Source of the DNA: Myxococcota bacterium
GTDB taxonomy: Bacteria; Myxococcota_C; UBA6777
Length of the DNA stretch: 44,924 bases
Direction: 5' to 3'
Assembly (NCBI GenBank): GCA_023150835.1
Contig: JAKLKB010000042.1
Coordinates: 1 to 44,924 of the forward strand
Below the pieces are notes generated by a model that was given only the letters and a program-made list of their open reading frames with translations, ran no database searches and was not told the DNA's origin. A program made the translations under genes and the position numbers. Numbering within the stretch: position 1 is the first letter of the stretch; the number at the start of each line of letters is the position of its first letter. Positions 1 through 10,557 of the stretch are shown one piece after another.

Positions 1-1
1 C

Positions 2-742
2 ACCCGACCCGCCCCAACCACCTCTCCAATCCGCCGTCCTCCCCAACCAACCCCCCCAACCACCCCTCCAACCAAGCCTTGCATCGAACCCGCCCAACAA
101 CAAAAACGCGATCAACTCCGCCAAAACAGCCGCTGTGGCGTTTTCTTCTCTCCGTCTCTCCCTGCCCTCCAGATATCTCAAGCCTTTGATCAAGCTGAAC
201 AATCTTACTCCACCTACAAAAACTTTCTCGCGACTTCTTCTCGCACCAAAACAGACCTTCAACGCCTCAACAAACTCTTCGAACAAGCCTACGCCGCCTA
301 TACTCCGTTCCAAAACCACCCAGAGATCGTCCACCGCACCGCCGCAAATATGCGCATCGCCGATCTTCACCTCCACCAACACGTCGCTTACTGCGAGTCC
401 ATCCAACAGATGCGACCCGTCTTCAAACAACAAGCCGAACAATCCGTTCTCGAAAAACTTGGCGAAGTCTTGCAAAAGCGCGGTGTGCCAGAACATTTGA
501 TCTCGCCGCTCTCGAAACGTTTCCTCAGCAAGCCTCACGGGCAGCAGCTGCTTTCCTGCATCGTCGAAAAAGTCAGCTTGTCTTTTGATACACAAATCTA
601 CCAAAACGCCATACCTTTCACGCAAAAAGCCCTCCAATACTACAAACTCGCGCTCTCTCTTCTGAAACAATCCCCGCCCTCTTTCCCCTCGTGGGTACAA
701 TACCTCCACAACAAGATCAAAAGCCTCGAAAAAAACCCGTAA
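2..742 (+). CDS. Hypothetical protein, 5'-truncated by the window edge (Pro/Thr-rich linker then helical C-terminus)
   Basis: The frame of ORF 350..742 stays open back to position 2 (TRPAPTTSPIRRPPQPTPP...AANMRIADLHL); codon style matches neighbouring genes. Confidence 0.65.
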   Translation, partial: TRPAPTTSPIRRPPQPTPPTTPPTKPCIEPAQQQKRDQLRQNSRCGVFFSPSLPALQISQAFDQAEQSYSTYKNFLATSSRTKTDLQRLNKLFEQAYAAYTPFQNHPEIVHRTAANMRIADLHLHQHVAYCESIQQMRPVFKQQAEQSVLEKLGEVLQKRGVPEHLISPLSKRFLSKPHGQQLLSCIVEKVSLSFDTQIYQNAIPFTQKALQYYKLALSLLKQSPPSFPSWVQYLHNKIKSLEKNP

Positions 743-1056
743 ATGCCGCCCCGATCCTCGCCCCCCCAAACACTTCGGAAAAAACAAGCGACCCAAGCAT
801 CCCACCGATCGTTCGACGACGGCCTCTTCTGTGCAGTGTAACGCAGTGGCAAAAACCGCGCTCGCGCCCCTGTTTGCGTATCTTCCGCATCTTCGGTATT
901 TTCCACCTGCACCGATCGCCCCCATTGCATCCAAAGACGGGGATGGGCATCATCCCTTGCACTTCCTCGGGCGCGGATGCACGCATCCCCACCCCATCCT
1001 GTCGATGGATACCGCTTTTGCGGATATCACCGACCCATCGGAGACACAAGACAAAG

Positions 1057-4000
1057 ATGGCTTCTGCAACGCTCACCACCGAAAAACAAGTCCTTGAACG
1101 CTTTTTGCGCCGTGTGCGCCGCCGTTGCTGGACGCTTGGCATCGTTCGCGGTCTCACACTCCTTGGGATCGGCATCTGCGCACTTTTTCTGCTCCTTGGC
1201 TTGTGGCTTTGGCTGGCCCCTCCGTCCTACGGGTTAGAATCGATCTGGATCACAGCCTCACTGATCGCCCTTGCAACCGCGATCTTCTTCGCTTGGCGCT
1301 ATGCCAAACAACTCCACGATGAAGCCCTCTCCAAAGCCCTCGCACGATGGGCCCCCGAAACAGAGGGCCTTCTGACCGCTCTCGAACTGGCTCGGGCGCT
1401 CCATCAACCCGAACACACCAAACACTTCTCCCCCGCTCTCGCCGAAGCCCGCATCCAACAAGTCTACCAAAACCTCCGCGACCTTAACGCCCGTCAACTC
1501 GTCCCAAGCGAAACACTCAAACCCCAAGCCTACACCTTTTTCGCCCTTTCCGCCTTGATCTTTGGACTCTTTACCCTCGAAACTTCTTTTTCTTCTGATC
1601 TACTTCGCCGCATGTTCTTTCCCCAACCCAACAGCGCCGCCCACGTCTCGATGGATATCCGTGGAGAACTCTTGCTTGGCGACCTCGAAGTCCGTTATGA
1701 ATACCCCGCTTATACGGGCCTTCCACCCAAGACCATCCCCAACAGCGATGGCACCCTTACCGCACTCAAAGGTACCACCATCCGCCTCCACGGACGCGCC
1801 CTCTACGACACCAAAGAAGCCGAACTCAACTTAATCGGCAAAGGCGAACAACGCATCGCCATGAAAGTTGGAACCGACAAACGCACCCTCACCGCCGAGT
1901 TCACACTCCTTCACAACGGCGAATACCGCATCAAACACTTTGATACTCGTGGCCAACTGCGCTTTAGCCCCCTTCACACGCTACGCCGAATCGATGACGA
2001 ATACCCCAAACTTACCCTGCTCTCGCCCAAAGAAGACACCGAGATCCGAGAACGAGAAAAAGTTCGCCTCGTCTTTGAATCCGAAGATGACTTCGGACTG
2101 TCCAAGATCTCTATCGTCTATAAGAATCTTTCAAGCAAACGCTTCAAAAAAGAACAGCACTTGCCCCTCCAAGAATGGCGCGATATGCCCAAACAAAAAA
2201 CAGGCGAACTGATCTGGGATCTCGCAACGATGCCCTTTACACCGGGTGATCGCATCGCCTACCAACTCGAAGTCCTTGACAACGACACCATCAGCGGCCC
2301 CAAACGCACTCGCTCCAAAACCCTCCACCTCAAGATCTTTTCTCCCACCGAAGCGCACGAAAAATTGCTGGCCAAGCAAGAAGAGCTACTCAAACACATG
2401 ACGCTCTTTCTTGGCGACCTGATCGAACGACCCGATGCCCAAAAGTCCGAAGTACAAGCACTTCAACGCCAAATCAAACAGCTCGAAGGGACGGGCGATC
2501 GCATCCTCAACGACTTCCTCGCACTCCAGCGCGAGATGCAAAAAGACCCACTCACCAAGCCTTTTGCGCTTGTCGCCATGTCCACCCTCCGCCAACGCTT
2601 CCAACAACGCCACGACGAACGCGCTGCTTTTGCTCACCGCCTCACCATCAGCCAAATGGAACCCGCCCTTTTTCGCAGCGGCTACGAAGAGATCCAACGC
2701 GACGAAGTCGAACCCCAAGAAGACGATGTCCACGCCCTTTCTCTCTTGCTCCAACGCCAACGCCTCGATCTGATCGCCCAACTTAGCCAACAACTCAGCG
2801 AGTCCCAAAACCGCCTGCGCGAACTCCTCGACAAATACCGCAAAGACAAAGACCCCCAAACCAAAGCCGCCCTACTCCAAGAGATGCACCGCATCGAGCG
2901 CTTGATCGAACAGATCCGCCAACGCATGGCCCAACTCAACCACTACCTCCCCCACGAATACCTCAACCAAGCCGCCATCAAACAAAAAAACACCCTCGAT
3001 GCCCTCAAAAAAATGCAAAAGCACGTCCAAAGCGATAACCTCGAAAAAGCCGCCGAAGAACTCTCCAAGATCGCCCAAGATATCGAGCGCATGACCTCTC
3101 AACTCGACGAGATGTCCAAAGAAGCCGGTGGCTCCTCCTCCAAGATGAGCGAAGCCATGAAAAAAATGCTCGAAGATATCCACCAACTCGAAAAGCAACA
3201 GCGCCGACTTGGTCAACATACCGAAAAAATCCGCCAAGATATCGCCAAACGTATGCAAGCAGCCCTTGAGAAAAAAGTTCAACAAGCCATCCAAAAACAA
3301 CTCAAACGCCTCGCTGAACTCCGTAAACAGATCAAACAAGCTGAACAATCAACACAACCACTTAATCGCACTTATCGCTACGAAAATACCTACAAAGAAC
3401 TTCAAAAAGAAAGCGATAAACTTGAGCAACTCCTGAAAAATAAAGATCTTTTTGAGTCACAACGCACCGCTCGCAGGCTCCAACAAGACAGCGAACGCAT
3501 GGAGTCCAACTTCGAGATGCAAGAACGCTACAGTCAAATGCTCCGCGAAAATCTCCAAAATCTCCGCTCAAGCTGGCAAAGCCACCCCGAACACCAAACC
3601 CGCCTCCAACAACGCCAAAAGCAACTCGACGAACGCCTCCCCCAACTCCGCGAAGGACGCTCCAAACTCCAACGCGCCAGTCAGATCGCCGAACAGATCC
3701 GCAAAGATCTCGAAAACCTCTTCCCTTCCGAAAAACCTTATATCTCGCAACAACAACAACAACAACTCCGCGAAAACCGACAGGTTCAACAGCAACTCCG
3801 CGAACAAGCACAGCAACTCCAAGAAAAAATGCAGCGCATGGGCCAACGCCTCCCGATGTTCTCGCCCCAAATGCAACAACTTATGCGCGAAGCCAACGAA
3901 CAGATGGGCGAAGCCAAAGAACGCCTCGGACAACGCGAACCCCGCCCCGCACAACACGCCCAAGAACGCGCCTCCTCCAAGCTCCAACAACTCCGAAAAC

Positions 4001-4191
4001 AAATGCAAAAAGCCATGCAACAGCAAGGCTCCAAATCACAACCCAAACAAGATCCCGTCGAGATCCCCGACGCCTCCAAACACAAAGCCCCCAAAGCCCT
4101 CCGCCAAGATATCATGGACGCCATGAAAGAAAAAGTCCCCAAGCCGTATCGTGAACCTGCACAACGTTATTACGAAAAACTCATTAAATAA
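1057..4191 (+). CDS. DUF4175-like membrane-anchored protein (N-terminal TMs, Ig-like modules, long Q/E/K-rich coiled coil)
   Basis: ATG 1057 with GGAG at 1040; three hydrophobic segments; YEYPAYTGLP, DDFGL and DNDTISGPK motifs; C-terminal VPKPYREPAQRYYEKL typical of this family. Confidence 0.8.
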   Translation: MASATLTTEKQVLERFLRRVRRRCWTLGIVRGLTLLGIGICALFLLLGLWLWLAPPSYGLESIWITASLIALATAIFFAWRYAKQLHDEALSKALARWAPETEGLLTALELARALHQPEHTKHFSPALAEARIQQVYQNLRDLNARQLVPSETLKPQAYTFFALSALIFGLFTLETSFSSDLLRRMFFPQPNSAAHVSMDIRGELLLGDLEVRYEYPAYTGLPPKTIPNSDGTLTALKGTTIRLHGRALYDTKEAELNLIGKGEQRIAMKVGTDKRTLTAEFTLLHNGEYRIKHFDTRGQLRFSPLHTLRRIDDEYPKLTLLSPKEDTEIREREKVRLVFESEDDFGLSKISIVYKNLSSKRFKKEQHLPLQEWRDMPKQKTGELIWDLATMPFTPGDRIAYQLEVLDNDTISGPKRTRSKTLHLKIFSPTEAHEKLLAKQEELLKHMTLFLGDLIERPDAQKSEVQALQRQIKQLEGTGDRILNDFLALQREMQKDPLTKPFALVAMSTLRQRFQQRHDERAAFAHRLTISQMEPALFRSGYEEIQRDEVEPQEDDVHALSLLLQRQRLDLIAQLSQQLSESQNRLRELLDKYRKDKDPQTKAALLQEMHRIERLIEQIRQRMAQLNHYLPHEYLNQAAIKQKNTLDALKKMQKHVQSDNLEKAAEELSKIAQDIERMTSQLDEMSKEAGGSSSKMSEAMKKMLEDIHQLEKQQRRLGQHTEKIRQDIAKRMQAALEKKVQQAIQKQLKRLAELRKQIKQAEQSTQPLNRTYRYENTYKELQKESDKLEQLLKNKDLFESQRTARRLQQDSERMESNFEMQERYSQMLRENLQNLRSSWQSHPEHQTRLQQRQKQLDERLPQLREGRSKLQRASQIAEQIRKDLENLFPSEKPYISQQQQQQLRENRQVQQQLREQAQQLQEKMQRMGQRLPMFSPQMQQLMREANEQMGEAKERLGQREPRPAQHAQERASSKLQQLRKQMQKAMQQQGSKSQPKQDPVEIPDASKHKAPKALRQDIMDAMKEKVPKPYREPAQRYYEKLIK

Positions 4192-4250
4192 CCCTCTTGC
4201 AAAACACCTTGAACGAATACAAACACCCCCGCAGGTTCGGAGACCTACCG

Positions 4251-6062
4251 ATGATCGCGTCCGTTGACTCCTCAAAGACTCCCTCCCCACAACCTCAAAC
4301 CGTTCGTTCGCAGCCCAAAATGTCGCTCTCTTGCACAACCCGAGGACGAGGTATTTCTCCCGTCAAAAACCGCCCGCAGCCCGAAGCATTCTTCTCTTCC
4401 ACACGCTCCAAAAAAGCCGCACGCTCCAAAAAAGCCGCACGCTCCAAAAAAGCCGCACGATGGGCATGGACCACCAGCGTGTGGCTGTGGCTATGTGTCG
4501 TTGTAGGCGCTCCATCCACCGCGTACGCCGTCAATGCCGAAGAAGAACAATCCCTTAAGCGCGCCTTTCACTTTCTGGGTCGGTGGCTCCCCGATGCCGC
4601 CGAACCCCTGCTCCAACCGCTACTTAAACGCTACCCAAAGGAACCCACACTCTTGCGGGCGATGGCTCGCCTACGTTTCCTCCAAGGCCGCTACAGCGAG
4701 GCCAAGCAATTTTACGAGACCTCCACCTCAAAAGAGGCCCTCAAAGAAGATCCCAACTACACCTCCCTACTGTCCGCCCTCAAGATATCCCAAAGCTACG
4801 AATACTACGAGACCAAACACTTTCGCATCGGCTTTGTCAAAGGCTCTCAAGAAGCCGCCATCGCTCCCTACCTTGCCGATGCGCTGGAGCGCGCCCGCAC
4901 CCGCCTCGGAAAAGTCTTTGGCTACACTCCCCCCGACAAAGTCCGCGTCGATCTACTTAGCGAAGCCCTCGAATTGGCCGCCCTGTCCCCGCTCACCGAA
5001 GCCGATATCCTTCGCACGGGAACCATCGCCCTTTGCAAATACAACCGTATCATGCTCACTTCTCCGCGCTCGCTGTTCAAGGGCTACCGCTGGCTCGATA
5101 CCGCCGTCCACGAATTTACCCACCTCCTGATCAACCGCATCACCGACGGCGTCCCGATCTGGCTCCACGAAGGACTCGCCCGCTACGCCGAAACCCTCTG
5201 GCGGCAAGACTCCCCCGCCAAACTCGGCCCCTACTCCGAAAGCCTACTCGCCAAAGCCCTCGAAGACGAAAAGCTCGTTCCCTTCGAAAAGATGCACCCC
5301 TCGATGGCCAAACTCCCCAGCCAAGAGATGGCCGCCCAAGCCTACGCCCAAGTCTACACCGTGATCCTCTATCTCGTCCATCGCAAGGGCCAAATCGCGA
5401 TCCCCCAGCTACTTCAAACCATCCACCAAGGCTCCCCTGTCCCCGACGCAGTCGCTCGCACCGTTGGCCTGCCTTTTGACGACTTCCTCGAAGCGTGGAA
5501 ACGCTACATGAAACAGCAAAAACTCCGCTACATCGCAGGAATTATGCCCAAAAAGCACGTCATCAAAGGCCATGCCCCCCAAAAGTCCAAAGAACAAAAA
5601 GACCGCGAACGCAACCTTTGGTTCAAACCCACCACCGCAAAAGAACTTGGAGAGCGCCACCTTCGGCTCGGTGAGATGCTCCGACGATACGCACGCTACC
5701 AAGCCGCTCTCTTTGAATACCGCAAAGCCGAACACTACCTCAAAGATCGCGACCCAAGCCTGCAAAACAAGATGGCCCTCGCCCTCTTTGCCCTCCGACG
5801 CTACGAAGAGATCATCACCACCCTCAAACCCACCCTCGCCCTCTACCCAAGCGACGTGACGACCTACGTCCATCTCGGGCGCGCCTACTACCACCTCCAA
5901 CGCCTCAAAGAAGCCCGCCATGCCTTTGAACAAGCCGTCCAGATCAACCCCTTCCACCCCACCATCCACACCTACCTCGTCCGCCTCTACCAAACCCTCG
6001 GAGAACAAGCCCTCTTGCGCCAAGCACGCGATATCATCGCGATCTTGCGCAACAACAAATAA
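4251..6062 (+). CDS. TPR-containing peptidase MA-like zinc metallopeptidase, probably exported
   Basis: HEFTH zinc motif followed by PIWLHEGLA; N- and C-terminal TPR-like helices; signal-like segment ending AYA; start uncertain (4197/4251/4320). Confidence 0.8.
   Translation: MIASVDSSKTPSPQPQTVRSQPKMSLSCTTRGRGISPVKNRPQPEAFFSSTRSKKAARSKKAARSKKAARWAWTTSVWLWLCVVVGAPSTAYAVNAEEEQSLKRAFHFLGRWLPDAAEPLLQPLLKRYPKEPTLLRAMARLRFLQGRYSEAKQFYETSTSKEALKEDPNYTSLLSALKISQSYEYYETKHFRIGFVKGSQEAAIAPYLADALERARTRLGKVFGYTPPDKVRVDLLSEALELAALSPLTEADILRTGTIALCKYNRIMLTSPRSLFKGYRWLDTAVHEFTHLLINRITDGVPIWLHEGLARYAETLWRQDSPAKLGPYSESLLAKALEDEKLVPFEKMHPSMAKLPSQEMAAQAYAQVYTVILYLVHRKGQIAIPQLLQTIHQGSPVPDAVARTVGLPFDDFLEAWKRYMKQQKLRYIAGIMPKKHVIKGHAPQKSKEQKDRERNLWFKPTTAKELGERHLRLGEMLRRYARYQAALFEYRKAEHYLKDRDPSLQNKMALALFALRRYEEIITTLKPTLALYPSDVTTYVHLGRAYYHLQRLKEARHAFEQAVQINPFHPTIHTYLVRLYQTLGEQALLRQARDIIAILRNNK
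4402..4459. repeat. 18-bp tandem repeat x3 (cacgctccaaaaaagccg; RSKKAA in frame)
   Basis: Read directly from sequence. Confidence 0.95.
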
Positions 6063-6194
6063 CGCACCATCATACACTTCCCTTGTCGTCCGTTGCTTTC
6101 ATCCGTCGATCGGTGTATCAACCAATCCGCCACCCGACGCATACGCACGGATACAACGCACGCTCTGAACCTGTAGAAAGGAAGCCGTGTCCCG

Positions 6195-7226
6195 ATGGAG
6201 AAAGTATTGTCCCCCAACGAGTCCCCCTCGACTGCGCTCGATCCCAAAAAAGACCTCGAAGCTGTCCAAGAACTCCACACCATCTACCGACAGATCCACG
6301 CTGAACTCCACAAACGCATCGTCGGACAAGACCATGTGATCGAGTCTTTGCTCGTTGCTCTCTTTTCTCGCGGACACACCCTGATCGTCGGTGTCCCCGG
6401 CCTCGCCAAAACCCTCTTGATCGCCACCCTCGCCGAGATCCTCGACCTCGCCTTCAATCGCATCCAGTTCACCCCCGACCTCATGCCCTCCGATATCACA
6501 GGCACCGAGATCCTCGAAGAAGACCACAGCACGGGAAAACGCAGCTTTCATTTCGTGCGTGGGCCGATCTTCTGTAATCTCCTTCTCGCCGACGAGATCA
6601 ACCGCACTCCCCCCAAAACTCAAGCCGCTCTCCTCCAATCCATGCAAGAATACCGCGTCACCGCCGGCGGAAAAACCCACTCCCTCGATCTCCCCTTCCT
6701 TGTCATGGCCACCCAAAACCCCATCGAACAAGAAGGCACCTATCCCCTCCCCGAAGCCCAACTCGACCGCTTTATGCTCCAGATCCGCATCGGTTATCCA
6801 AGCGCCACCGAAGAAGAAGAGATCGTCCGCAGCACCACCAGCGACCACAAACCCAATGTCCAAAAACTCCTCAACGCCGACAAGATCCGCTCCCTCCAAG
6901 ATCTCGTCCGCCGCGTCCCTGTCCCCGATCACGCCACCCGCGCCGCTGTCCGACTTGTTCGCTCCACCCGCCCCGACGCCGAAGAAGCCCATCCCTTCGC
7001 CAAACAATACCTCACTTGGGGCGCTGGACCTCGCGCTTCCCAAAACCTCATCCTCGGAGCCAAAGCCCGCGCTATCCTCCAAGGCCGCTATTCGGTCGAA
7101 GTCGAAGACGTCCGCGCTCTCGCAAAAGAAGTCCTCTCTCACAGGATCCTTACCAATTACGAAGCTGAATCCGAAGAAATCCGACCCGAAGATATCATCG
7201 ACACGTTGCTCAAAGCTCACACCTAA
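6195..7226 (+). CDS. moxR: MoxR-family AAA+ ATPase
   Basis: GVPGLAKT Walker A, RIQFTPDLMPSDITG, LLADEINR Walker B, ATQNPIEQEGTYPLPEAQLDRF. Confidence 0.95.
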   Translation: MEKVLSPNESPSTALDPKKDLEAVQELHTIYRQIHAELHKRIVGQDHVIESLLVALFSRGHTLIVGVPGLAKTLLIATLAEILDLAFNRIQFTPDLMPSDITGTEILEEDHSTGKRSFHFVRGPIFCNLLLADEINRTPPKTQAALLQSMQEYRVTAGGKTHSLDLPFLVMATQNPIEQEGTYPLPEAQLDRFMLQIRIGYPSATEEEEIVRSTTSDHKPNVQKLLNADKIRSLQDLVRRVPVPDHATRAAVRLVRSTRPDAEEAHPFAKQYLTWGAGPRASQNLILGAKARAILQGRYSVEVEDVRALAKEVLSHRILTNYEAESEEIRPEDIIDTLLKAHT

Positions 7227-7333
7227 CTCCAACCCCAAAGGCCCTTGCTTCGGTCACAACCTCCAAAGCCCTTGTTTCGGTACATTTCCATCTGCCCGAT
7301 ACTTCGGCCACAGACCAAAAGGCCCACAAACGG

Positions 7334-8251
7334 ATGCGTCGTATCCCCTTTCTCGATCCCCAAGTCCTCACCAAGCTCCCTCCAATCGCGCTCAAAGCCT
7401 TGCGCGATGTCGAAGGAGCCCTCGCAGGACTCCACCAAAGCCCACATCACGGCCAAAGCATCGAGTTCACCGAACACAAAGAATACTCCCCGGGCGACGA
7501 GATCCGCCATATCGACTGGAAGCTCTTTGCCAAAAGCGATCGCTACTACGTCAAGCAGTTTGAAGATGAAACCAACTTACGCGGCTACATCTTGCTCGAT
7601 GCTTCGGCCTCCATGAACTACCCCCAACACCCCAAAGATCGCGAACAACGACCCACCAAATACCACTACGCCGCCTCCCTCGCCCTCGCGATCGCTTACC
7701 TTCTGCTCCGTCAACGCGATGCCATCGGACTCCTCGCCTTTAACAGCAAACAACAACACTACCTTCCCCCCAAAAGCCAACCCTCCTACCTCCTCCCGCT
7801 TGCCCAAGCCATCGACCAACCCGCCCAAGAAACCACCGCACTTCCCGAAAACCTCCGCCGACTCGCCGAAACCACCCGTCGCCGCAGCCTTCTGTTTTTG
7901 ATCTCCGACTTTTTTTCTGATCCAGATCAGATCGAAAGTCTCCTGAAACAACTCGTTCATCGAGGACATGATATCGTTCTTTTTCATCTACTCGATCCCG
8001 ACGAAGTCGAATTTCCTTTCCGCGATCAAACCCTATTTGAAGATCTTGAATCCCCGACCACACGACTCCAAATCGACGCCCAAGCCATTCGGCCTTATTA
8101 CCTCCAAGAGCTTCAACAATTCCTCGATCGCATCGAACACATCGCCAAACACAGCGGCATCACCTACCATCGGATCCGCACCGATACACCGATGATCCAA
8201 GTGGTCCGAGATATGATCCTGCGCCGCGCACGCGCAAAAAAACGCCCTTGA
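7334..8251 (+). CDS. DUF58 / vWA-domain protein (MoxR partner)
   Basis: EFTEHKEYSPGDEIRHIDWK, VKQFEDET, LDASASM (MIDAS-like), LISDF. Confidence 0.92.
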   Translation: MRRIPFLDPQVLTKLPPIALKALRDVEGALAGLHQSPHHGQSIEFTEHKEYSPGDEIRHIDWKLFAKSDRYYVKQFEDETNLRGYILLDASASMNYPQHPKDREQRPTKYHYAASLALAIAYLLLRQRDAIGLLAFNSKQQHYLPPKSQPSYLLPLAQAIDQPAQETTALPENLRRLAETTRRRSLLFLISDFFSDPDQIESLLKQLVHRGHDIVLFHLLDPDEVEFPFRDQTLFEDLESPTTRLQIDAQAIRPYYLQELQQFLDRIEHIAKHSGITYHRIRTDTPMIQVVRDMILRRARAKKRP

Positions 8252-8270
8252 GCCAAGACGGAGCCTCTGC

Positions 8271-10349
8271 GTGAACGCTATCTCTTTTCTTCAACCTGTC
8301 TTCCTCTACGGATTGCTCGCGATCAGCATCCCCATCTTGATCCACCTGATCAGCCGACGACGTGCGGTGCGTTGGCCCTTTGCCGCGATGGAATTTCTGC
8401 TGCGCTCGCATCGCCGCGTTGCCCGCCGTTTGCGACTCAAACAATTCTTGCTCTTGCTCCTGCGCTGCTTGTTGATCGCTGGGCTGGCCCTTGCCTTTGC
8501 CAAACCCTTCTTTCAACGCGCCCAAGGCTCCTCTCCTGCCCAACCTGCCGCTTACGTCTTCATCCTCGATGACTCCATGAGTATGCGCTACCGCGAAGCC
8601 CCCAACGCACCAACTCTCTTTGATCGCGCCCGCTCCTCCATGCAGCGATGGATTCGACGCAATGCTCGTGGCGAAGATCGCCTCGCCTTGCTGCGCGGTG
8701 CTGCCGTCACACAGCCCCAACGCAACGAGCAAACCGAACTCACCTTCGACAAAAACACCCTGCTCAACAAACTCGACGCTTGGCGCGTCACATACGAAAA
8801 CAGCGACCTCGCCGCCGCCATCCTTCGTGCCCAAACCATCCTCCAAAAACAACGCGGCGTACGCGCCCAGATCCTCGTATTCTCAGACTTTACACAACAC
8901 AGCCAGATCACCTACCCCCGCCTGACCGACCAAGATATCCTCGTGCGCTTTTTTCCGATCCGACCCACTCGACCCGCCGAAAATCGCGCCATCCTCTTCG
9001 TCGAAGTCTCTCCCGCCCCTGATATCGGCCAAGATGCGTACCAATTCGATGTGGTATTACGAAACTTTTCCGCAAAACCTTATAGCGACTTGCCCGTCAC
9101 GCTCGTCCTCAACGAGATGCCCCGCGCACGCGGCTTTGTTCACCTCCCCCCTTGGGGGACCGCCCAAAAACGCTTTGTCGTCCAACTCCCTCAAACCGGA
9201 AACTACGCTGGATACGCACAGATCGCTGCCGACGGACTAGACGCCGACGATCGCTACTTCTTCTCCCTGCGCACCCGCAAGCGGCCCTCCCTCTTGCTCG
9301 TCAACGGCGATCCTCGCCCGATCTCCTACCTCGACGAGATCTTCTACCTCACCAACGCCCTGCGCGATGATCAACTTCCCTTTCGCGTCGAGATCAAACA
9401 AGCCACCGCAGACCTCCCCCCCGCCAACAAGTTCGATGTCATCGCTCTCTCCAACATCGAACAGCTTCCCACCGCTTGGCAAGAACAACTCCCCGCTTAT
9501 GTCGCTCGTGGTGGTGGACTTTTTCTGTCGATGGGAAACCAAGTCCGCCCCGAAGCCTTTAACGTCGCCTTCGCCGACCTTTTGCCTCGCCAGTTGCGGG
9601 GTGTCGCTTTTGCAGCCCAACGCCCCGATGGTACGGGCGTGGCACTCTCTCGCTTTTTTGGCGAAGTCCAAGCCAATCACCCTATATTTCAGCGGATGTA
9701 CCGTGATGGCATTCTGTTTCAATCTGCCCGCGCCACCAAGCTCATGCTTGTTGAAACTCGCCGTGCCCAAGAAAGCGGCGAGATCCTTTGGCGCTTTAGC
9801 CACGGCCCACCTGCCCTCCTCGAACGAAAAGTCGGACAAGGTCGCGTCCTCCTCCTGACCACCACCATCGATCGCGATTGGACCGATCTCCCGATCCGAC
9901 CGTTCTTTCAGCCTTGGATACAACGCGTCTTTACCTACCTCGCAGGAGGAGCCCGCTTCCATCGGGGAAGAACCCTGCGCGTCGCCCAAAAAACCCACCT
10001 CCAACTCCCGGGACAAGAACCCCTCCGCATCCTCCCACCGAAAGGCGTCCCTTCCGTCCTCTTGCGCCCCGAAGAACGCGGTTTCCCTTTCCCCGGAGCC
10101 CCACAACCCGGGAACTATCACTTTGAACGCCAAGGCAAACAAATCGATTCCCTCCCTCTTTCCGCCAATATCGATCCCGCCGAGTCGGATCTTCGCCCTC
10201 TCTCTGATCAAGAAATGCAAAAAAGCGGACAGCTTACGCAAACTTCTCGCGCAGGATTCTCTTCGCAATCCGAACGGCTCTGGCCTTTTCTTTTGTTTGC
10301 ACTCTTGCTGTTTTTCTTCCTCGAAGCCATAGCCCTGCGCTTTCTTTAA
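8271..10349 (+). CDS. BatA-type double-TM N-terminus + vWA + GATase1-like membrane protein
   Basis: PILIHL...FAAMEFL...LLLRCL...AFAKP BatA signature; LDDSMSM MIDAS; YVARGGGLF; C-terminal ESDL...LWP TM. Confidence 0.88.
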   Translation: MNAISFLQPVFLYGLLAISIPILIHLISRRRAVRWPFAAMEFLLRSHRRVARRLRLKQFLLLLLRCLLIAGLALAFAKPFFQRAQGSSPAQPAAYVFILDDSMSMRYREAPNAPTLFDRARSSMQRWIRRNARGEDRLALLRGAAVTQPQRNEQTELTFDKNTLLNKLDAWRVTYENSDLAAAILRAQTILQKQRGVRAQILVFSDFTQHSQITYPRLTDQDILVRFFPIRPTRPAENRAILFVEVSPAPDIGQDAYQFDVVLRNFSAKPYSDLPVTLVLNEMPRARGFVHLPPWGTAQKRFVVQLPQTGNYAGYAQIAADGLDADDRYFFSLRTRKRPSLLLVNGDPRPISYLDEIFYLTNALRDDQLPFRVEIKQATADLPPANKFDVIALSNIEQLPTAWQEQLPAYVARGGGLFLSMGNQVRPEAFNVAFADLLPRQLRGVAFAAQRPDGTGVALSRFFGEVQANHPIFQRMYRDGILFQSARATKLMLVETRRAQESGEILWRFSHGPPALLERKVGQGRVLLLTTTIDRDWTDLPIRPFFQPWIQRVFTYLAGGARFHRGRTLRVAQKTHLQLPGQEPLRILPPKGVPSVLLRPEERGFPFPGAPQPGNYHFERQGKQIDSLPLSANIDPAESDLRPLSDQEMQKSGQLTQTSRAGFSSQSERLWPFLLFALLLFFFLEAIALRFL

Positions 10350-10557
10350 GCACCCCATCCCTCTACCCAAAAACACGCAGGTGTGTAATGTTTCGCGCCG
10401 CCCTCTGTAATAGCGTTGCGATGCACAGCAGGGCTTGCTTGGGACAAAAGAGTTGACAACGCGATCAAGAATATCCAACCCCCCCCAATGCTTTACTCTC
10501 GTATAACATCGGGCTTTTTTGAACCAATCATCCCTGCCTCATTCATGGGTGGTCAAG

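Noticed and set aside
691-1056. 122-aa N-terminal extension of the DUF4175-like ORF
   Set aside because: Overlaps the upstream gene, is not protein-like, and a better RBS/ATG exists at 1057
6099-10478. Long minus-strand ORFs (6099-7238, 9237-10478; likewise 10639-11820 and 32909-34048)
   Set aside because: Antisense to well-supported genes; biased codon usage leaves few stops on the opposite strand; no recognisable motifs
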